From NCBI GenBank assembly GCA_045655005.1, contig JAZOOJ010000019.1, positions 102,335 through 166,334 of the forward strand: a DNA stretch of 64,000 nucleotides, in the 5' to 3' direction. Numbering within the stretch: position 1 is the stretch's first letter; each line of letters begins with the position of its first letter. Made by a program: the position numbers and the translations under genes. Below the pieces are notes generated by a model. That model was not told where the DNA came from, made no database searches, and saw nothing but the letters and a program-made list of their open reading frames with translations. This document shows, one piece after another, positions 57,854-64,000 of the stretch. This DNA is from Clostridia bacterium (lineage in GTDB: Bacteria > Bacillota > Clostridia > Christensenellales > UBA1242).

Positions 57854-60703
57854 ATGAAATTGATAAGTTTTATGAACAACTTAATATTTAAATTCAACAG
57901 CCAGCACTTGCTTAAAAATGGTGCTGGCAAGGCTCACAGCGACTTGTTTAGTTTATCGAGCGAGAGTGTTGGATTTTTTCAAACAATTTTGAATTCTATT
58001 GCTGATACTTTTGCTGATGTTACAAATTTTTTACTTAGAATACTTTACAGACTTGTTTATTTTATCGTAATGCTTGCTTTGAACATTATGGACTTTTTAA
58101 TGGTTATTGTAACAGAGCTTTCGGGTAAAGCACAATCTTTTGACCTTTCAACGGCGAATTCGAATCTTGAAAGTTCAGATATAATTTTTAAATTCTTCTT
58201 TAATTCGCTTACGATGAAGATTTTAAAAAGAGTATTTATTTACTCAATACTTTTACTTATCATCATTTCAATTATTGCAATTGTCAAAAATGAATGGGCA
58301 AGGGCTACTGACGAAAAAGCAAGAGATGCAAAGCAGATTATTGTAAAAAGTTTGAAAAGTTTATTTATGATGTTTGTAATTCCATTTTTCTGTATCGTCG
58401 GAATTGTCTTTTCTAATGTACTACTGACCTCTGCATTGAATGCAATAAGTGGGGATAGAGATAATTTCAGTGTTGGCTCGATTATTTTTATGTCGGGGAC
58501 ATACAATGCAAACTGGTATCGGGTGTATGCAGATAATAATGATAAAATCCCAATATTGTTTGATTTTAATGGTGGATTTTATAACGCCGACAATGGGACG
58601 GCAGATAATGGAAATTATTTTGATGTAGAAGACGAGATTAATGCATTAAAAAACAATAGTTACCTAACAAGTGGATATAGTACCTATTCAATGTTTCAAA
58701 AGCAGGCGTATTTTACATTTAATGAAGTTCCTGAAAATAGTTCTTATTATGCGTTCTATGATGGCGACTTTATTAAAACTAATCGAATAGAGTATTATGT
58801 AATGGCGGACTTTGTTGACTATGCTATGGAAACCGGACAAGAGTATTATATAAAGAATGTCGAAGATGTTTATAACACGGCCTATGATGCAGTTGTTGCA
58901 TCAGAAAGAGCGGGGGCTTGTTTGTATCCATATATTGCAGAAGGCGAAGAATCTCCTGATGATCCATACTATAAATATTTTGAAGAAATCTTTAATAACA
59001 TTTCGGTTTATAGTGATGAAGTTGATGATGATGGCAAGAATGTACAACTTCCAGTATATAGCGCGGGAGAAGATGGTCAAATAGGTTTAAATTACGACCG
59101 AAAAGATTCTGAGTATTTCTCCTTTAAAGTTTATTATGATGGTACACTTTTAAATGCTTGCGGTGATGTCGAGGTTGAAAGCGAAGAAGTCGCAGTAGAT
59201 GGGGAAATCAAAGAAGTTTATAAAGATAAGGCAATTGAATATCAAGCACTTTCGGGTGCAGATGACGAAGCTTATGGTGCTAAATATGTTTATTGTTATA
59301 AAGTTTCGGTTCCAATAAGCGAGGACGGAAGCCAAAAGACTACTATTTATGTGCCTATCTTGCAACATTCAAGCAATAATACATTCTTTAATTTTGAAAG
59401 TGAGTATTTGGCAGATGTCACAATTGGTCGACCTTATGAATCAATGTTTTTGGCAAGAGGGGCGTTTAATGTATCGGGCTATCCAACAGCGATAAAAGAG
59501 GCCGGTTCAGACATTGTGTTTTATCGTCACGATGCCGAACAAAAAAGTTATTTTAAGGTAAAACCGCAGTCAAGTTATACCGAAACTGATGATAATGGAA
59601 ATGAAACGGTAATTGAGGCTGAGGGAGACTTCTTTTCAAAGGTTCTTGGGTTTGACCAATCAAAGGTTCAAATGGGGCTTGACATAAAAGGTAAGTCAAT
59701 GCCAGTATTTTCAAAGTCTGTTTTAAATATAACAACATTAAACAAAGGTCAATTTAAACTTAATTACAGTTTTGTGAATACACGACTTACTCTTGGAAAT
59801 GTTTATGATTTATTGAATATTAACTTTGTAATTTTGGCAATTGCTTGTTTGCAATTAATGAGTACATTGTTCTATATCATATTTGCACTAATGCGAAGGC
59901 TTCTTGAACTGACGGTATTTTGGTTTACCTATCCTGCGTGGCTGGTTAAATTTCCACTTGAATCAACAGATAGTGTGCTGGAAACCAATGGTATGTGGAG
60001 AGCAAACTTTATTGACAGAGTGCTTGCAGTTTATACAACTTATATCGGTTTAGCGTTTTTCTTCACATTGGTGCCAATTGTGGTGGAAATAGACTTTGCC
60101 GGCTCGATTATTAATTCGATTAACTCAAGCAATTTGTATTGGTTTAACTATTTGCCACCGACTTTGATTTCTTGGGTTATCAGAACGATGTTTATCTTAG
60201 TGTTATTTACTATGATGTCAAGCATTAATCAAATCATTGATGATTTTGCAAGTGGCGGAAGGCTTTCAGGATTTGGTGCTGATCAAGGTAAAGAAGTATT
60301 TAAAAATATTAAAGGGAATGTTAAAGGAGGGTTTGAAACATTTAGCATTAGGGCTAATCTAAAGAATGCAAAGGAAACAATTAAAAACACGGCTCACGAT
60401 GCGACAATGTTTATTCCTGGTGTTGGATTCTTAGATACAGGTGTCACTGCTGTCAGAAATAAGGTGAACGATGTTCAAGCGAAGCGTGCTATTGACGCAC
60501 TTGTTTCTTCTGACCATACAAGAGGTGCAACTGATGCAAGCGTTACAACAGACATTGATTCGATGAAGAGAGTTATGGATGGATATGATGTGACTAGTCG
60601 AGGTAAAACAACACACGTTGACGGCTTTAAAGATAAATCTAAAAAGATTGAAGAAAGTGCAGATAAGCGTGGAAGACTTCATATCAAACCTCCAAAGAAA
60701 TAA
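57854..60703 (+). CDS. Polytopic membrane protein (949 aa), paralog 3, near-minimal core of the giant family
   Basis: Same N-terminal three-TM module. Blocks ANWYRVYADNNDKIPILF, YYVMADFVDYAMETGQEYYIK, ARGAFNVSGYPTAIKE. TM bundle at nt ~59815-60225 and a short basic tail. Confidence 0.6.
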   Translation: MKLISFMNNLIFKFNSQHLLKNGAGKAHSDLFSLSSESVGFFQTILNSIADTFADVTNFLLRILYRLVYFIVMLALNIMDFLMVIVTELSGKAQSFDLSTANSNLESSDIIFKFFFNSLTMKILKRVFIYSILLLIIISIIAIVKNEWARATDEKARDAKQIIVKSLKSLFMMFVIPFFCIVGIVFSNVLLTSALNAISGDRDNFSVGSIIFMSGTYNANWYRVYADNNDKIPILFDFNGGFYNADNGTADNGNYFDVEDEINALKNNSYLTSGYSTYSMFQKQAYFTFNEVPENSSYYAFYDGDFIKTNRIEYYVMADFVDYAMETGQEYYIKNVEDVYNTAYDAVVASERAGACLYPYIAEGEESPDDPYYKYFEEIFNNISVYSDEVDDDGKNVQLPVYSAGEDGQIGLNYDRKDSEYFSFKVYYDGTLLNACGDVEVESEEVAVDGEIKEVYKDKAIEYQALSGADDEAYGAKYVYCYKVSVPISEDGSQKTTIYVPILQHSSNNTFFNFESEYLADVTIGRPYESMFLARGAFNVSGYPTAIKEAGSDIVFYRHDAEQKSYFKVKPQSSYTETDDNGNETVIEAEGDFFSKVLGFDQSKVQMGLDIKGKSMPVFSKSVLNITTLNKGQFKLNYSFVNTRLTLGNVYDLLNINFVILAIACLQLMSTLFYIIFALMRRLLELTVFWFTYPAWLVKFPLESTDSVLETNGMWRANFIDRVLAVYTTYIGLAFFFTLVPIVVEIDFAGSIINSINSSNLYWFNYLPPTLISWVIRTMFILVLFTMMSSINQIIDDFASGGRLSGFGADQGKEVFKNIKGNVKGGFETFSIRANLKNAKETIKNTAHDATMFIPGVGFLDTGVTAVRNKVNDVQAKRAIDALVSSDHTRGATDASVTTDIDSMKRVMDGYDVTSRGKTTHVDGFKDKSKKIEESADKRGRLHIKPPKK

Positions 60704-60707
60704 CAAA

Positions 60708-60737
60708 AGAGCAGATATTTTATCTGCTCTTTCATTA
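60708..60737 (+). terminator. Terminator closing the T4SS-like operon
   Basis: Perfect stem agagcagata / tatctgctct right after the stop at 60703, followed by a T-rich stretch. Confidence 0.6.
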
Positions 60738-60964
60738 TTGTGTTTTGAAGTAAAGATTATGAACTGTTGCAATATTTTCATATTGCACTTTAAGTATACA
60801 CTGCAAAAATTATAAATCAAATTTTTGTGTCAAAATTAATTAAAAACTTTTTATAAACTCAAAACAAAATATTTTATTATGTTAAAACAAGATGCTTATG
60901 GTATAATATAACGTATATTACATAAAAATCTTATTGATAAAAATAAAAAAATTTTAAACAGGTA

Positions 60965-60995
60965 TTGACTCTATAGTTTACTATAATGTTATACT
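60965..60995 (+). promoter_or_regulatory. MerR-type promoter/operator
   Basis: TTGACT (60965-60970), 19-nt spacer, TATACT (60990-60995). The spacer contains the perfect palindrome TATAGT-tt-ACTATA (60972-60985). Sits directly upstream of a MerR-family gene. Confidence 0.6.
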
Positions 60996-61017
60996 GCAAG
61001 CACGAAAGGAGAAAGTT

Positions 61018-62040
61018 ATGATAAAAATTGGTGAGTTAGCTAATATTACTGGAATTTCAATTCAAACGATACGCTATTATGAAAGTGAGGGGTTGATTAG
61101 TCCTGTTGAGGTTGACCGTTGGACCAATTATCGTTATTACGATGAAGGTAGCATCGTTAGATTAAGCGAAATTGCTTATTTAAAAGATTTAGGCTTTTCT
61201 TTGAAAGAAATAAAAAATTTAAGCGAAGAAGTCATTAAAGAAAAAATTGCACAAGTTAAATTCAATATAAAAAAACTTAGTGAAAACATCAAAGAACTTT
61301 CTACCATTCGTAAAGAAAATGGAGGGTTTTTTATGAAAAATTTTGTTAATGATGTAAGAGTTATTGGTAAATGGAAAAGGATGGGGGTTGTTAAAACTAA
61401 AGAAAACTTTAATGTTGGATGCTATGAAGAAGATGATATATTTGATTTTGAAAATATTTATTTTCTTCCAAACGGCAAAAGATATTGGGTTTTCAGTTGG
61501 ACAAAAGATGTCTTGTTTTTAAGTGAAAGAGATTTAGACAGGGCTATGCCTTATGAAATTATTGACGGCAAGCTTTTCATTGGTGTTGTTGACTTTAAAA
61601 CTAATACTGTTGACAACTATGCAGTTTATGAAAAAGTTGATGATAAACATTATACAAAAGATGAAATCGCAATCAAAGATAATACAAACATTCCATTTAT
61701 TATCGACGAAAAAGTTGTAGGCTTTTGGGATTGTGTTGATTATGTGCACGAGTTTGACGAGTTTAAAGTAGGGCAAAAGTTTTGGGAAGATAATTTACTT
61801 TTCTCAAAATATATTTTTGAAAACGATGGGAAACTTTTTGTTGGCTATAATGGCGATGACTTATTGTATCCAATTAATTGGAGCAAAGATGTAGTTATAA
61901 ATAAAAAAGTAAGTACGGTAAGTGAATATACTATTAAAGAGATAAACAACGAGACCATTATGTTTATTGAATGGAAATCCGGAGATTATACCTTTGGTGG
62001 TGAAGTTTATGGGTATTATGTATTTAAAAAGAGAAAATAA
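61018..62040 (+). CDS. MerR family transcriptional regulator with a ~230-aa C-terminal domain of unknown type
   Basis: N-terminal HTH IKIGELANITGISIQTIRYYESEGLI, then a coiled dimerisation helix, then an unrecognised domain. Confidence 0.8.
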   Translation: MIKIGELANITGISIQTIRYYESEGLISPVEVDRWTNYRYYDEGSIVRLSEIAYLKDLGFSLKEIKNLSEEVIKEKIAQVKFNIKKLSENIKELSTIRKENGGFFMKNFVNDVRVIGKWKRMGVVKTKENFNVGCYEEDDIFDFENIYFLPNGKRYWVFSWTKDVLFLSERDLDRAMPYEIIDGKLFIGVVDFKTNTVDNYAVYEKVDDKHYTKDEIAIKDNTNIPFIIDEKVVGFWDCVDYVHEFDEFKVGQKFWEDNLLFSKYIFENDGKLFVGYNGDDLLYPINWSKDVVINKKVSTVSEYTIKEINNETIMFIEWKSGDYTFGGEVYGYYVFKKRK

Positions 62041-62066
62041 TAAATAGAATATGGGGGAAAAAGATT

Positions 62067-62732
62067 GTGGACTTAAAATATAGGGCATTAAATCCAAGAA
62101 ATTATGAAGATATTATAAAGTATATTAAACTTGTAAAAGCATTAGGTATGTATTGTAATGATTACAATGATTATATTGATGATGAATTTATAAAGTGGGC
62201 TAGATTTCATATGGGGGCTGTTGAAGTTGTTAACGCACAATATCAAGGGAAACAGTTGCCGGATTTGGAAGAGTTTGCAGATGAGTTTGTGTTTGTGTGT
62301 GAAGATGGTGACAAGTTTATTGGTTATGTTGAGGTGTGTTCATACCATATTGAAAACGGCGATAGGCCTGATGATGATATTGGGATTTTGCACGAGATTT
62401 TCGTTCTTGATGAGTATAGAAATGGATTTATAGCCTATACATTGTTGCAATTGGCAGTAAGCAAATTACAAAACAAAGGGAAAATAAGAGCGATTTGTAA
62501 CGTTCAAGAAGATAATCCAAACAGATTTTTGCATTTTGCCATGGCAGATAATAATGTAATTAAAAGTGAAGCGTGTCAAAGAGGTGATGGAAGTGTTACA
62601 ACTGATTATACATTGTTGGTAGAACTAGAAAAGTTGAAAAATACATCATTTAAAGAATTGGTAATGAAAACAGTACAACTTCAAAAAAATAATAATGATA
62701 AACATTTAATTATTGATAACTATTGTGAATAA
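62067..62732 (+). CDS. GNAT-like acetyltransferase (tentative)
   Basis: GTG start with GGGGGA upstream. Central pattern IGYVEV...ILHEIFVLDEYRNGFIAYTLLQLAV resembles the GNAT motif A region. Confidence 0.4.
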   Translation: MDLKYRALNPRNYEDIIKYIKLVKALGMYCNDYNDYIDDEFIKWARFHMGAVEVVNAQYQGKQLPDLEEFADEFVFVCEDGDKFIGYVEVCSYHIENGDRPDDDIGILHEIFVLDEYRNGFIAYTLLQLAVSKLQNKGKIRAICNVQEDNPNRFLHFAMADNNVIKSEACQRGDGSVTTDYTLLVELEKLKNTSFKELVMKTVQLQKNNNDKHLIIDNYCE

Positions 62733-62762
62733 AAACGTGCACACAACATAGAATGTGTATAT

Positions 62763-62798
62763 AAAAAAGAATTAGAGTGTTAGTCTAATTCTTTTTTT
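62763..62798. terminator. Bidirectional terminator
   Basis: Perfect 10-bp stem aagaattaga / tctaattctt flanked by A6 and T7, between stops at 62732 (+) and 62820 (-). Confidence 0.7.
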
Positions 62799-62819
62799 GT
62801 CTTGTGTTGAAGTAATTAA

Positions 62820-63728
62820 CTACGCTTTGAAAAGCGACATACATTCCTTTACATATTCGGTAATTTGTTTTGATGCATAGCCTAAAATTTTTCGTGGGTC
62901 AAATTGGGTTGGATTGTTTGCTAAGAATTCACGAATGGCACCAGCAAAGCAAATTCTCAAATCTGTGTCGCAGTTAATTTTAACGATTGGCGAGTTGATT
63001 GACATCTGTCTTATGGCATCGGTTGGGATCCCTTGGGCTTTGTCGATTTGTCCGCCATATGCTTTAAATTTATCTACCAACTTTTTGTCTACTCTGCTTG
63101 CTCCATGGCACACAAGAGGGAAGGACGGAAGTTCTTTATCTAATTCTTCTAAGATATCAAAACGGATTTTTGGTTCGGTTGCTCCCTTGTTTGCCCCGTG
63201 GGCTGTTCCAATGCTTACAGCAAGGCTTGTAATTCCTGTGCGTTCAACAAACTCTTTTGCTTTTTTAGGGTCTGTAAAATGCGAAACCGCAGACACCTGT
63301 TCGTCTTCAACTCCAATAATTTCGCCAAGTTCAGATTCGACAGATACGTTATGTTTCTTTGCATATTCTACAACTTCTTTTGTGCCATTAATGTTTTCTT
63401 CAAAAGATAATCCACTTAGGTCAATCATAACTGACGAAAATCCTGCGTCAATTGCTTTTTTGCAGACATCAATAGATTTTCCGTGGTCTAGGTGTAGGGC
63501 TATTTTTGATGGGCTTTTATCAGCCATTGTTTTAACCATTGCAACAAGTTCTTCGTAACCTGCATATTTGCAAGCAGATTCACTTGCTTGCAAGATTACA
63601 GGCATTTGCATTTCTTCGCTTGCTTTAATAATTGCTTGTGCGAACTCCAAATTTGAAATATTAAATGCTCCGATTGCATAGTTATTTTTCCTTGCGTCTT
63701 GAAGCATTTCGTCGGTATTACAATACAT
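62820..63728 (-). CDS. fba: Class II fructose/ketose-bisphosphate aldolase
   Basis: NYAIGAFNISNLE, ALHLDHGKS (zinc ligand), SIGTAHG, CHGASR pattern of class II aldolases. RBS AAGGAGAA. Confidence 0.85.
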   Translation of the reverse strand: MYCNTDEMLQDARKNNYAIGAFNISNLEFAQAIIKASEEMQMPVILQASESACKYAGYEELVAMVKTMADKSPSKIALHLDHGKSIDVCKKAIDAGFSSVMIDLSGLSFEENINGTKEVVEYAKKHNVSVESELGEIIGVEDEQVSAVSHFTDPKKAKEFVERTGITSLAVSIGTAHGANKGATEPKIRFDILEELDKELPSFPLVCHGASRVDKKLVDKFKAYGGQIDKAQGIPTDAIRQMSINSPIVKINCDTDLRICFAGAIREFLANNPTQFDPRKILGYASKQITEYVKECMSLFKA

Positions 63729-64000
63729 ATTTTTTATTCTCCTTGATAATTATTTCGTATATAATTATAAGACTTTCAAAAGATATTTGGCAACTTATTT
63801 TAGTGGTTTTTAATATATTGAGGGTTTTAAAAGTACATAAAGGAATTATTGTTGACAAAATAATCCGTTGAGTTTTTAAATTAAATACATATAATTTGAT
63901 GCAAAATGTATTGTTGTTGTTGGCGTAACAGCGAAGTCTAATCAAAGGGCGATAAAATACTTGTCGGGTGCCGATGTTGTCAAAAATGCGGTAAATATGG

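Noticed and set aside
57417-57857. 146-aa alternate-frame ORF at the end of the 2310-aa gene
   Set aside because: The Lys/Arg-rich product arises from an A-rich coiled-coil coding sequence. The annotated frame ends in a clean zinc ribbon and stop.
32394-61017. Integrative conjugative element or prophage boundaries
   Set aside because: I saw no integrase, transposase, excisionase or relaxase, and no direct repeats at either edge. I therefore annotated no mobile_element.
62914-63558. 214-aa plus-strand ORF opposite the aldolase gene
   Set aside because: The minus-strand product has unmistakable class II aldolase motifs. The antisense product is Ser/Pro/Leu-rich junk without an RBS.
1-64000. 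CRISPR arrays, rRNA genes, large nucleotide-level repeats
   Set aside because: None seen on either strand. The only clear nucleotide repeat is the 171-nt-spaced coding duplication at 46243-46491.

Overview
AT-rich, Firmicutes-type (Clostridia-like) chromosomal segment using the standard genetic code. I worked only from motifs, ORF structure and hairpins read by eye, so family names are unverified recognition calls.

Left and middle (1-32.4 kb) hold mostly core genes. These are murF-ddl, a GH95-like hydrolase / DUF1538 transporter / two PII-like genes operon, tRNA-Leu(CAA), an ABC exporter, trmL plus a class I lysyl-tRNA synthetase, ogg, floA, tRNA-Glu(CUC), and the conserved comEC-holA-rpsT-gpr neighbourhood. 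They are interrupted by accessory genes: an LRR surface protein, zinc-ribbon and hypothetical proteins, and a 1228-aa anchored surface protein.

The right part (about 32.4-60.7 kb) is the unusual region.
- It starts with a 966-aa anchored surface protein.
- A VirD4/TraG-type coupling ATPase sits divergent from two VirB2-like mini-proteins.
- A fused VirB3/VirB4 ATPase follows.
- Three paralogous giant polytopic membrane proteins (2914, 2310 and 949 aa) take up most of the locus.
- No relaxase, integrase, replication gene, cell-wall hydrolase or VirB8-like gene is visible in the window.

I read this as a chromosomally embedded, probably non-conjugative type IV secretion-like machine with hugely expanded VirB6-position proteins.

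The window ends with a MerR regulator carrying a textbook 19-bp-spacer operator/promoter, a GNAT-like gene and class II fructose-bisphosphate aldolase. No CRISPR array, rRNA, transposase or prophage genes were seen.
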